DNA of 52,861 nucleotides from Kipferlia bialata (taxonomy: Eukaryota). The stretch is taken from contig BDIP01000005.1 in NCBI GenBank assembly GCA_003568945.1, positions 1 through 52,861 on the forward strand. The letters are read 5' to 3'. Below, one piece after another: positions 40,301 through 52,400 of the stretch. The translations under genes and the position numbers were made by a program. Under the pieces are notes generated by a model that worked only from the letters and a program-made list of their open reading frames with translations, did no database searches and had not been told where the DNA came from. Numbering within the stretch: position 1 is the first letter of the stretch; each line of letters begins with the position of its first letter.

Positions 40301-43300
40301 CCAACCGTCCGAACCGCCTTGGGTCAATCATTCACCACCACCAATTGAAGATACTGTCAGAAATGGAAGCGAAGTAAGATACAGAAAGGATCACGTTGTG
40401 ACTTGTCACGTACTCCAGTGTCCCTAGAGCCTCAGTTGGGGTCACAAAGGATACTCTACCACCGGTGCTACCTGACATGAGACATAACGCAAGTATGATG
40501 GTATGTACATATAACCGTCTGGCATGAGACACAACCGCAATACAAATAGAATATACTCAAGAAGATCCCATGATACGAATGCAACAATGATACATAACCG
40601 TACAAAGAGCATGATACATACATATAGAGTGTATTCAATAAGACGAGATAATACATATATGGAGGTATGTACTCACATTTGTATGTCTATAGATACTCCT
40701 TGCATACCTCCTGATCCGGATGTGAGCAGAGACTCAAAGAGTGCTCTGAGTCTAGGATACTCGAGCTCTCTCTGTTGTTAGTTATAGTCATTATACTGAA
40801 CTCCAAGAATAGTATTGTCCATCGGGGTGTAAACGTGTTTGTAGAGTGGGAAGATTGGCTTAGCGTAGCAGTGTGACACACGTAAGTGTCTAGAGTGTGA
40901 GATAGCACTATCATACTCACCCATCTGTCACCGCGGTTGAGACTCTCAAAGTGCCCTATCCTGGCAGACCACATGAGACTAGGGACCTGGTGCATAAGGT
41001 GTATATGTATGTATTGGTATATATATATATGCCCTATCCTTGCTGGCCACATGAGACTGTCCTGATGCATTGGATGTATATCATAACTAATATATAGATC
41101 GAGAGGATACATGTATACCTCTGTCTGCGATCTGTGTGAGGTCTGGGTCTGACTATTAGATGTATATCATCACTAATATGTATATATCGAGAGGATACAT
41201 GTATACCTCTGTCTGTGCTGTGGCTGAGGTCTGGGTCTGACTAGAGGTGGATGCACATCCAGACACACATGAGACATCGGAGTGTGTTGGGGTGTCACTA
41301 AGTACACAGCCAGGGAGCGGGAGGATATGAGTAGTGACCCCAACACTGCCTACACACAGCGGCAGCCTGAGCCATGGTCTGCACCCACCTCCATTATCTT
41401 CCTCTCCCTCTCTCTCTTCCCCTCCCTCCCCACTTGTGGCTGACCCATACACACTATCACTCTCACTGTCACTCTCTCTCTCACTGTCTGTGTATGCAGG
41501 TATATCCTCCATGTCACTCAGTGTGACACCGGGTAGGAGACCCAGGCTCCCTGAGCCAAAACCTGAGGAGGCGGAGGTATCAGGACTGGCGTTGGGAACC
41601 ATCCACTGTACGGTGTCAACCGTTGGTATCGTTGGAGAAACGGTCTCGAGGCAGAGAGAAGAAGGGAGGGCTGAGCCTACAGGGGTGGTGTTGTGGCTCA
41701 TTTCTTGTAGCGTAGGGCCCTTGGGGGCTGTGACAGAGAGGGGAGGGGTAGCAGGTGTGTCCTCGAGGTGGATGTCACTCTCACTCTCAGTGCCACTCTC
41801 ACTGATCATGGTGTCCACCTTGATGCCCTCCCCTCCCCACAGGTTGATGACAGGTGACATTCCTTATGGTAAGAATATAGAAGAAGAAGTTAAGAATATA
41901 AAAGAAGAAGAAGTTGATGACATGTGGACAGGGGCGGGGCATGCCTATTGGTAAGGATACCATGGCATCTACTATCAAAATATGAAGTAACCCAAAGGTA
42001 TATACACTACTACGATGACTGTACATACCAGTGTGCAGAGTGGCCCTCCTGCCGCCTCTGTGGATCCCTCTCTCCATGTCTCTCTCCCTGCCTCTCTCCC
42101 TGCCTCTCTCCCTGTCTCTCTCTCTTGAGAGGGAGTAGGGCAAAGAGGAAGTGAGGCCAGACACTGGTATCAGCATCAACTACACACAATTTTTATAGTA
42201 CAAACAAATTAGTCAGGAACAACACATGTAAGAAGGAGAGATATACAGATATGGTCAGGCTCTGGGGTCAGTATAGACTATACTTGTCTTACTAATAGTG
42301 TGGCACAGGCAGTAACTTACCTCTCTGCTCAACCTGAGGAATGAGGTATGAAACCCTCTCTCTCCCTCTCTCGACCTCAGAATCGCTCTCCCTCTCTCTC
42401 TTAGGGTATGTACCCACAGCACCAGTCAGGGACCGTGCTGAGGTTAGAAGTATGGCATGGTACATTACTTCACTATGTAATACTCACAATAATACAGATG
42501 ATATACATATACTATGTAATACATATAGATACACATATACTGTAAGCAATTCTTGATATATAGATACGTATTAGTTTATATACTCTCACCTGACGTAGGG
42601 ACGGACCCATATGATGTAGCTGTGGGTCTAGGGGGGAGTGCACTGCTTCCACGTGAGGAGACTAGAGATCCAACAACCGGCCCCTTCAGAGCTGCGGGTC
42701 GAGGGGTGGAGAGAGAGCTGGAGGGGGTGCTGATGGAGTCCCTACGAGTGAGTCTGGTAGCGGTGAACACTGTCAGCACAGTATGGAGGCTGAAAGAGAG
42801 ATAATGATACTTATATGTTTTACTACAGAACCATCATACCTCCTGACTACCCTGTAACCTGGATCAGAGTCACAAAGTGAGTGTACACGGGAGGGTCCTA
42901 GGTGTGAGTGACACAGAAATTATGCATTCGCATGCATAATGCAATAATACGGTGGCATATATATAGAGAGAGAGAGATTGGACTCGGTTGGGTCTACCAG
43001 TGAGTCAGTAAGTCCTATATGAACACCTGTATACACTATAGTAACATACTGATGTGCTTATAGGGAGAAATGACCATGTATAGTAGTAAATACGGGGACA
43101 GTGTGCTATATATGAACAACCAGAATCCATAGTATGAATACACGTATAGGTATTCAGTATAGGAATATCTTCACATCAGTACCTGTCTTGCCCTGTGATA
43201 TGTCTTGTGATGTGGAGTGTGACACAACCAGTGTATATGGTGTGAATACTCGTATATGGATGTAGTGTAGATATATACACCCCTACCTGTATTCTGTGAC

Positions 43301-44274
43301 ATGCAGTCTGAGGAGATGTCTGGGTGGGTGTGCCAGTAGCAGGCTGGGGTGAGAGAGAGTGGGACAGTAAACGTACACACAGTATATACTTGAATCATCT
43401 GTGTTCCACAACAGCTCAATAATATATTCACCCACCTTCTCCTCTGGTCTCTGAGGGATACTGGCTGACCCTTGCCTGGAGTGAGTGGTAATCTTAGCAG
43501 GTACAAAAGGTATGTATATACACGTATATCGGATCCCCACATATACACCAGTAGTGTATACATAGATACCTTGCTGCTGTGACATACGTTCCTCTTTAGA
43601 TATAAACATGTACAGTAGCACACAATAATAGTAGTATATACGCGTATATCATTGTATTATTGTACACTATCATGCATGAACTCGGGCACGATGCCCTCTT
43701 GTGGAATTGTGTCTAAATATACAAATATATCCATTAGTATATGAGTTGGTATATAAGAATGAATAACAGTACCCTGTCCTGCATGAACTCTGGCACGATG
43801 CTCTCTGAGTGTATTCAGTATGTATATATATATGTACAATAGCATAGGTATATATATAATACTATGCGCCTATCAGAATGTACTCCCGTACCCTGTCCTG
43901 CATGAACTCTGGCACGATGCCACCCTAGTGTATACATTGAATAATGCACTGCTACAGTAATAATACCGTACTATGTATGGATATATTTTTACTGGTATAT
44001 ATATATATACATATATGAATTGACGTACCCTGTCCTGCATGAACTCTGGCACGATGCTCTCACTCTTGCGTCTGGCAGAGTCTAGGGCAATGTCCCCATG
44101 ACCACCCCTGGAGGTGAGGCATATTTATATAAAATACAATAGTAGTATATATAGCATAGTAGTATATATAGTAGTATATATAATATAGTTGTATATATAA
44201 TAGTATATATACATATGGGAACTTATATGGGTATATACGGGATTGCATCGATGTCACCCATTGCATACTGAGTC

Positions 44275-44306
<32 letters not shown>

Positions 44307-45050
44307 TCACACACATATATATGAATTAGTATATACCTTACAGCTGTATATGCCACACTCTGTGTCTGCTTGATGGTTTTACACAGTGTGTGGCAGTCAG
44401 ACATCTCTCTCAGTAACCTGGAAGGATTAGAACAATTAATACATAAATTACATACAATATATATATACAATTAGTACATACAATACATACAATATATATC
44501 TCCATTGAAACTATAGTCACCGAGGATGTGGCAGAGATCTCTCTGAGTTACCTAGCCTTAGACCAGTGTCAGAAGAGAGACTAATGACACAATATACTGC
44601 TATATACACATACATATTACTACTATATGGATATAGTTGTGCACTCAATATATATATATAGATAGATAGATATAGTATCCATTTACCTGGTAGGTGTTCC
44701 TCTGAATCTCTCTGCTCTACGGTACATGACAGACTGAGAGTGACTGATGACACCAGGCTGAGGGTAAGAGAGGAGAGAGAGTAGGGATTAGAGTGTCAGG
44801 TGGAGTATAGAATAGAGAGAGAGAGAGAGAGAGTAAATATCAGACTTAGAGTAAGTGACACCATGTGTGCGGGAATGTTGAGTATGATGGAAGGAAAATG
44901 TAGGGAGGGAGGCGTGAGAGGGAGAGTGACTGAAAGAGAGAGTGTTCACACGCTGAGAGTGACAGATGATATGTATTACATATATATGTGCATATATATA
45001 TGTATATATGTACATGGACACGAGAGTGACGGATGACACCAGGCTAGGAG
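37385..45050 (-). CDS. Class I 3',5'-cyclic nucleotide phosphodiesterase with intact catalytic motifs and a long Ser/acidic low-complexity N-terminal region
   Basis: Spliced exons give SYHNSTHALDVMQM (~39700), ISAAAHDVEHCGVT (~39190), HPLYHVYGSVATLEKFH (~39050), TLVLATDPK (~38870), IIRMADISNAARPF (~38340), VMREFFKTGDLE (~38170), RDRTKGVEEIRKCQ|TSFIDYIVRPF (37960/37830) and MEKNK|ELWGG...SSP, stop at 37387-37385. The 5' boundary is approximate. Confidence 0.88.
38497..38772 (-). repeat. Three tandem copies of a PDE splice acceptor plus exon start separated by (TA)n
   Basis: catccatactggagaacacactct at ~38504, 38618 and 38743. Confidence 0.9.
43670..44060 (-). repeat. Four tandem copies of a PDE exon 3' end plus donor (gcatcgtgccagagttcatgcaggacagg|gta)
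   Basis: On the + strand, cctgtcctgcatgaactctggcacgatgc occurs at ~44028, 43891 and 43772, with a decayed copy at ~43673. Confidence 0.9.
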
Positions 45051-46293
45051 TGGGGGAGAGGGGTGGGGAATGCATATATATACACATATATATATTGTTA
45101 TATACATATACATATACATAATGCGAGCGACATATATATGACACCTGACTGGGGGTGAGAGAGAACAGATAGTAGGGGGGGGGGATATATATGTAAGTAT
45201 ACAATGAACATGCTATAGAACGACTGCTGACACCCGGGACTGGGGCAGGTGAGAGCAAGGGAAGGGAGAGGGTGTGTGAGTGTGATTGAGCGAGAGAACA
45301 TATGTGTGGCAATATCAGGAAGGCTGGTAAGGGATGGGTGCACGAGGGAGGATGGGGAAGAGAGAGAGAAAGGGGGGGGGGGGGCTCTGACTGCTTAGAA
45401 GCAGATTACAAATGGGAGAGAATTGCTTAATACACCGTCACGTATGGAACGTATTGGACCAAGTTCAGAGTATGAAATGACAAAGAAAGGATGATATGGT
45501 GACTCCAAATGAATACGGAACCTAACTATACCAACATGTGTTACCCACACTCTGGACACTACCTTGAAGGCCCCACATGTACCAAAGAGTGTACCACTCT
45601 GAACGGCGTCATAGAGACTGAGGGTCAGGGTTATGAGCCTATATGTACCATATCTACAGTGACGCATAAGCTTATGAAACAATGTTGCGTATTGTCCGTG
45701 ATAGATGGTAGTGGAGCAGATCTATGAGTGTACCTCTCTATGCGCCCTCTTCCCCCACAGCTCTCAGTCAAGGAGGGGGAGAGTAGAATGGTCTCTGGAG
45801 TGAGAGGCAGAGAAGGAGAGTGACACCGCGAGATACAGCCGCAGCACCTAGGAGAAGGAGCATATCCTCTCTTGACCCCTCTACACCGGTCGGAGGGGGC
45901 TCGGGGTTGCTGCCTGCCTCACAAACTGTCGCCTTGCACCTACTCATGCCTCTTGGCAGTCAGTATAGTAAGGTCTGCAGAGGTGTATGCCTCCATTTGG
46001 TCCCATCGTTCGTTGACGTACTGTATAGAGGGCTCCCGTTGACTGTCGAGACCATGCGCCGTTGCACAAACGGGCAGCTACACCCTCAATACTAGTTATT
46101 GCATATGTTGATGGCCTCACTGAATCTACTAGAGATACGGTGTTACTATCCATAGAGGCTCTCACTATACTAGTGGATTAGTAGGCCCGTTGGTGTCCTC
46201 TTCTCAGCCTCTTATCGCAACCTCAAGACCACGCTATAGAGGATATATTAGAGCAAACAGCCCCACTGAACGCATCATCAAAACAGGAGTATT

Positions 46294-47581
46294 ATGGGAC
46301 CTCCAAGGTACAACTTCAGAGTGTATAAGCGATATTTGAGTAACTATAATACTTCTCTTAACCCTGGAGCCACAATTCCTCTGTATCCCTGTTCTTGTCC
46401 TTGGAGATACATTCTCTATATGTATGATATGCAATACATACTATGCATTATGTAGGACTTACAGCTGACTTCCCACTTCAGTCCCTTCCCAAACTTTGAG
46501 GAACTTTTGCAAGTAGCGTTACTCCATGCTAAGCGGCTGTGGATAGAAGTAGCCGTCGAGGATGCTGTTCCAGCTGCACTTGACAAGGCTACACGTGAAT
46601 CAATTATCATCAAGCTGGTAGCTCAGGTTCCACTAACTGAGGAGGTATGTACTTCTATTTACTGTGTTTCTCTATGGGTTAGCACGTTATCCCACACTCT
46701 CATTGAAAGAGTCTCTTGTGTCATGTATTTCTGTCAACAGACTGATAATTGCAGTACACATTTCTAATCAAATCACTATGAACTGAGATTATATGTATGT
46801 ACTCATATTTAGGAAGTAGTACTCTTTGGTGGGTTCACCTATGGTACTAGTCTATCAGTGGCCAATGAACATGTACGAAAGGGGTTTCTCGAACCCATGG
46901 ACTATCTCACTAAGACACTGCGGAAGACCCCCATTGTGCTCGCTTGCATAGTCAAACGGAACCCTAGTTGGTTTGAAAGGTACAGTGTACAATGACCCAC
47001 CATCGGGTGTATTGAGTGGTCATTCCACTGAGGAATAGGGAATCCCTGAACTCTGTTTATGTGTATCAAATAGTGCTTCACAGTGTATACCTTATGTCAG
47101 GTACAACGTCAACGGCGTACCAGAGGTAAGGCCATCAGATGCATTGTTGTATGAACCTTACAAGTGTCTCTTTGAGAGAGATGCCCATGAAGTGAAGGTT
47201 GCCGCCATGCAAAAAGCCAAGAGAAAGAGGCTGAAGAACAAGGAGAAGAAGAGACGTCGTCGAGAGCGAGAGCTGTTTCAGAAGGCAGTTCTGGAAGAAG
47301 CTGCCAGTTATGGGGTATCCCTTGACAGTACTGATATGAGTGCGGTTCGTCCCAGTGTAATCAGTCAGCCCATTACTCTACAGCGTGCTCCATCGTATAC
47401 CGGTAGGGTAGGGCGTGAGACACACTCCACTATGGCACATGCCCAACCAGATTGGGAAGGTGGGTCTGCGTTCGGTGGTAGACTGAGGTACAAGGATGGA
47501 TCATGGCACAACCCCACCCCACTAAGTGAGAGTATGGAGAGAGTGGCCAGGGTGAGAGAGGCATTCTTTCCACGCAAGTGA
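46294..47581 (+). CDS. Gene Y2: hypothetical protein, inverted paralog of Y1
   Basis: MGPP|SPFPNFEELLQVALLHAKRLWIEV...PLTEE|EVVLFGG...NPSWFER|YNVNGVPEV...QPITLQRAPSYTGRVGRETHSTMAHAQPDWEGGSAFGGRLRYKDGSWHNPTPLSESMERVARVREAFFPRK*. Confidence 0.8.
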
Positions 47582-48507
47582 GGGAGAGGTGGTCAGAGGT
47601 ATCAAATGGAGAACAATGTGTCATTCTATGGCATTGGTTACCAGCGATAGGTCATGTAACCCACTCACTACTAGGTAATGACTCAAAGCAAAATCGTTGC
47701 CACAATTACAATACATCATTTATCACAATACATTCCCGGAAACAATTGTACACATTCCTGGGGCATTATTCGCCAATAGGGTATCCCCATGTCGCTCACT
47801 TGTCTCTCAAACCCTTCTGTTTAACGCGAAGAGTCAAGTACCAAGCACAGCTCTTGGGTGTCTCTAGTGTCCTAGGTGTATAGGGAGCCTCTACTTCTCA
47901 GGCTCCTTGACTCCCCACCCAGCATCTATCAACACAGGGGTGCCGATAACACGGACCTATGGATAAGGGTGCATATATACATACACAGCACGTTCATAAG
48001 TAGAGATAGCGAGGGAGAGAGAGAGAGAGATAGGGACCTTTCTAGCTGGTACTACTACTGCCTGTCTAGCCAGTCTGGCCATGACACCTGAGGGTGATTG
48101 AGGGATACACAAAAGACACTCTATATATCTCTTGTTCCAGGTAGACAGAGAGACATCCTGCGTCACCGATGAGGGGTCACTCTCAGCTACATCTCTGTTG
48201 CCAGAAGGTTCACCTTGTTAGTCTCTGGTTACCCAAGTGCAGATGGGGACAGGAGTGTGGTCGGAGAGTTCGACTTCTCAATGCTGATATGCATACGGTC
48301 TAGTTACTGTTGCTGGTTGGTGTTGGCTACACCGTGTAGCTGCATCTAGATCAATTGTTTCCAGCATAAATTCCATACTTTACGAAGCGAAAAGCACTAT
48401 GGACACTAGTTGGCTTCATAAGTGAAAAATAGTACATAAATGACTATATGAAATGACTATTTATAGCTCTGTCAGAAATTACCCTCTGGCCAAATAAAGG
48501 AGGTGGT

Positions 48508-51500
48508 TCAGTTGTTCTGCTGATCAGTCCAGAACTGCCATCTCAGGGACACGACGCCTTCTAGACAGGTCATGAGTGTGATAGAGCCACGAACTGCGCG
48601 TCCAAGAGTAGCAGCACCACTGTCATCGTGTGTCACTGACTCTCCTGACACTGAGACCTGGCAAGCATCAGCTGCGTCAGACATTGTGGCAGTGAGTAAT
48701 AGAGACACGAGCTTGTGGAAGCTGTCGCTGATGGAGTCAGCCAGGGGGACGTAGGGAGGTGGCCCTCCATTATAGTCCCTCATCATCCTCGCTTTCGGTA
48801 TGCGAAGCCACATCTCATCCTCTATGGCGCCTACGCTGTTCAAAATGAGACTTTCCAATATACAAATGTTGGAACTCAGCCAGTGTACGATCCCAGACCT
48901 AGCAGGAGAATGTGTGGGCCAAGACAGAATGCCAATGAGCCATGTCATGGTCGCACTCCAAATGTCACTCAAATCGAGTTCGGTGCCCATTTGGTTGTTG
49001 TGAACGCGTCTTGGGAGGGCTGAAAACTCCAACAAGGTCAGCAGCACTCCGTGGTTGCAGAAAAGACCAAGGGCGGGGGAGTGATGAGTCTCCCCGTAAA
49101 GAGACTGATCCCAACAGTTTCTGAATATCTTCACCAGACACTTGGACAGTGTTTGAGCAAGAGCACAGTCTGCCATGCTAACGGTACCCCCTGTCTTCAC
49201 TCTCTCAATACCCTGCTGGAGAAGACCATGGATAGAGGCGAGGAATGGGGCCTTTGTAAAGGTCATGGCGTCATCAATGATAGTCACTGTCTCATCCTCA
49301 ATGAGGTCCCAGGCCAGAGAGTCTTGTAGCTTGTCCGACCCTGCTAGTTAGACTTTCAAGCTCTATGGTAGAGTAGGGACTCCCAACTTGAGAATCATGA
49401 TTATGTACTGCATCGAAAATATTCAAGTACCATGCAGTTATGAAGTATTAATCTACGATGACTGACCTAGTATGGCAGCCTCTCTAATGTAGAGGTCATT
49501 GATGGCCTTGTCCACAGTCTGGAACTCGGAGTCAGACAGGCATATTAAGCACTCAGGGTACTTGGACTCCCTGCAGAAATCTCTGAGATCCAGGGAGAGC
49601 CACCGTGTTTCAAAGTTTTCTGCTCTGCCGTCAGGTAAACTACATGACCCTCTCTCCCCTTTAGTCATGAACAAGATGTCAAAGAGCATTGAAGTGTATC
49701 CTACCTCTGGAATATCTGAATGCGTTCAGCTAGTGATAAGTGAAGGTCGATGTCGGACTCCATTCTGGTGGGGAACGTTGTCTGAGTGACCCTGACGTTA
49801 GTAATGCTACAGGTGGTAGAACTATAATGATACTTCAATTATATAACGCGACAACTATTACAGTTATCCATCAAGAATTATTGTATACAATTCTAGTTCA
49901 CCAGTACCTAGCGGCGTCTAATGGCCGCAAAGCGGACAACAAGTCATTTTCCCTACAATTGAGCTTCCTGAGAAAGTGTAGAAATTCCTGGTCAGCCTGT
50001 ATCCAGTCACGGAACCTCCTATGCCGTGTCAGTAGACATAGAGACGTCACAGCCGCATATGCTCCCCTGTCAACGCAACTGCTCACTCTCACCCCCAAGG
50101 ACGACTGGAGTCCAGTTGAATTGTATCTCAAGTGCAGAAGCGTCTTCATGATGTCCAGCAGTCCTTCCTCCAATAGAACTTGGCAGCATGACAGTGGAAC
50201 ATAGTCTGTAGTGTACACATCGCTATTCTCCGGCCTGTAGATAGGAACTACACCGCGTCCTCTCCCAAACCTCTTCACCATGCACGTAGATATATCTGTC
50301 TCGACAATGAGTGACGCCACTTCCATAAAGAGACCCAACCGGTCATAATCAGGATCTACAGACCCCTCTAAGGTAATGTGTTTCTTCATGTGGAGGATGA
50401 GGGAGTCCACAACACCGGGTGATAGGCATATTCTGAAAATGGAGGTCGACGACAACCGCCCTAGTGGCTTATCATACGCCACCACAACATGCGACAACGC
50501 ATCACGGTGACTGGAGGCAAGTGCTGCCTCTAGAACTTTAGCCCACTGACTCTGTCGGGACTCAAGATGGAAGGGAGAGGGACGATGCGTCTTCGTCTTG
50601 GCAGACAAAATCAATGCTTGTTTCACGGATCTCCCTCGGGTGTACATCAGACACATGTCCATGTAAGGTGCCGGCACTCCGATTGCACGTGTGAGTCGCA
50701 TGGTTAAGGGCACTGACAGACTATGTACTGCATTGGAGGGAACAAGGGAGCCAGGCCATCCACGTACTGCCAGTATACACAACAGCCTCATAGTGGGGTT
50801 GTTATCGACACATACGCATAGCAGTGGCACCTGAGGGACCATACAAAACAGGAAGAAATCGCTGTCACACAATGTACTAGCCAGGCTGTACTCGAGGTCC
50901 ATACGCTGAGAAAGGGTCAGCTGGGTGTGGCATGTCCTGCAGGGACATGTTATTAAGGACAGAAGACATTTGCACACCATGGTAGACCCCTCTGTCACAT
51001 TGAAATGGTCTAAGGTATCACGGAAACACCGGCTTGAGGAGAAGGCGAGTACGGCCTCAAGAACCTGCTTGTCAGTGCATCTGTATCGATAACCTCACGG
51101 CTACCAGTCAATTGTATAGATTGTATCTAAGCTAGACGTAATGTACAGAATTGTAGTGAGAACGTTGAAAGAAACAGGTATATAGTATTCTACTATACAG
51201 CATCCCACCTCTTCTGTCTCTGTTGGAGAGAGAGAGCACGGGAAGTATTCCATTGTAGCTCCATCCCTAGGAGAGAGTCTGGACTGAGTCAGTCGAAGGG
51301 CACCAAGACACCCTTCTCTCGATAGTTTTGCCAGGCTCCCTATTCCCTGAGTTAGATACGGTGGTGTTCACTTGGATATAAGAAATGTCATGGATCAATA
51401 AACTCTGCGTCCCTTCCACATTGAGGGTATGGACGCTAGAAGGTCCCTACACACTCTCTGGGAACCAGAATCCACGTCACGAGTACACTCAAGGGCATCC

Positions 51501-52216
51501 CCTACATTGGGTAAGGGGGACGCCCTCCCTCCTGGGACCAAAGTGGCCTTCCTGGCTAGCGATTGTGACTTCTTCTCTGTCCAATGACGCATCTCACACG
51601 CATACTGAGGAGTGAGGCATATGAATAGTAGTGAGGAACATATGGATACTACGAGTGGATAGTACGACATCATCATGACCACATCACCCAGCAGGGATAC
51701 TATGTAGAGTATGAATATGTATGTATTGAAGTTAATGCAGACACAGTCACGTACCAGCCCAGTCAGTACCCGATCCACCCCCGCAAGCACTCTTAGTACC
51801 CCCACAGTGACCTGACTGGCATCACTGCCCCAGTGCAGTCTGGGTTCCCCCAACCGGGTGGAAAGCACACCCAGGAGGCCACTGTCATCTACAACACTGA
51901 GTGCTTCCCTGAGCCGCTGGCGCAGGGCAAGGCCAGTCACTGTGTCCCCATCTACACTACGACTCTGAGTGGTGCCAACAGCGGGTGTGTATGCCTCAAC
52001 CTGCACAGCAAACTCAGTGGTCGCACTGAGTAGCAGTGAGAGACTGCTGGGACCAGTTGAAGCAGACTCTCTTGACAGTGTTGGCCAAGTAGAGGGTGTG
52101 TAGTTGGACATACACTCCCTTATGACTGAGAGAGAGTCCCGCAGTGACCTCAGCTGTGCATCTGGAGCTGTATCCACACTGCAGAGAGAGGAGTCAGCGA
52201 CAGGCCAACCGGCCAT
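48508..52216 (-). CDS. Large hypothetical protein (~1000 aa), Leu-rich and probably helical; long exons
   Basis: Long same-strand open frames with splice sites at 52216-51755, 51604-51403, ~51347-51208, ~51081-49906, ~49720-49470 and ~49341-48508. No recognisable motif; junctions around 49450-49800 are unresolved. Confidence 0.65.
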
Positions 52217-52261
52217 TGTGGGGGACTCAGTCTCTCTCTCTCCTGGACACATCTGTCCCAG

Positions 52262-52400
52262 TAGGGATGGAATTTAGCGACATTTTTCCAATGTCGCCGA
52301 CGTTGCGCAACGTCGCGCGACGTCGGGGGGCCGACTTTTTGGCTACACCCCAGTTTTTGATTTGGCCAAAAATCCTCGGTTTTCTAGACCCCTATACGGG
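52262..52400 (+). mobile_element. Putative DNA-transposon (hAT-like) terminus: TAGGGATGGAA followed by a CGAC/GTCG palindrome array
   Basis: The start resembles the Ac/Ds TIR (TAGGGATGAAA). An abrupt CpG-rich tract with nested inverted repeats follows. No partner TIR, TSD or transposase was found in the window. Confidence 0.4.

Noticed and set aside
41334..41954. 206-aa + strand ORF
   Set aside because: Antisense shadow of the low-complexity PDE exon 41156-41860(-).
45400..46200. Short ORFs on both strands between the PDE and Y2
   Set aside because: No motif or coherent splice model; they could be PDE 5' exons but cannot be supported.
47893..48290. Possible small minus-strand gene (...GVMARLARQAVVVPARK|VRVIGTPVLIDAGWGVKEPEK*)
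   Set aside because: No consistent upstream exon chain or homology; insufficient support.
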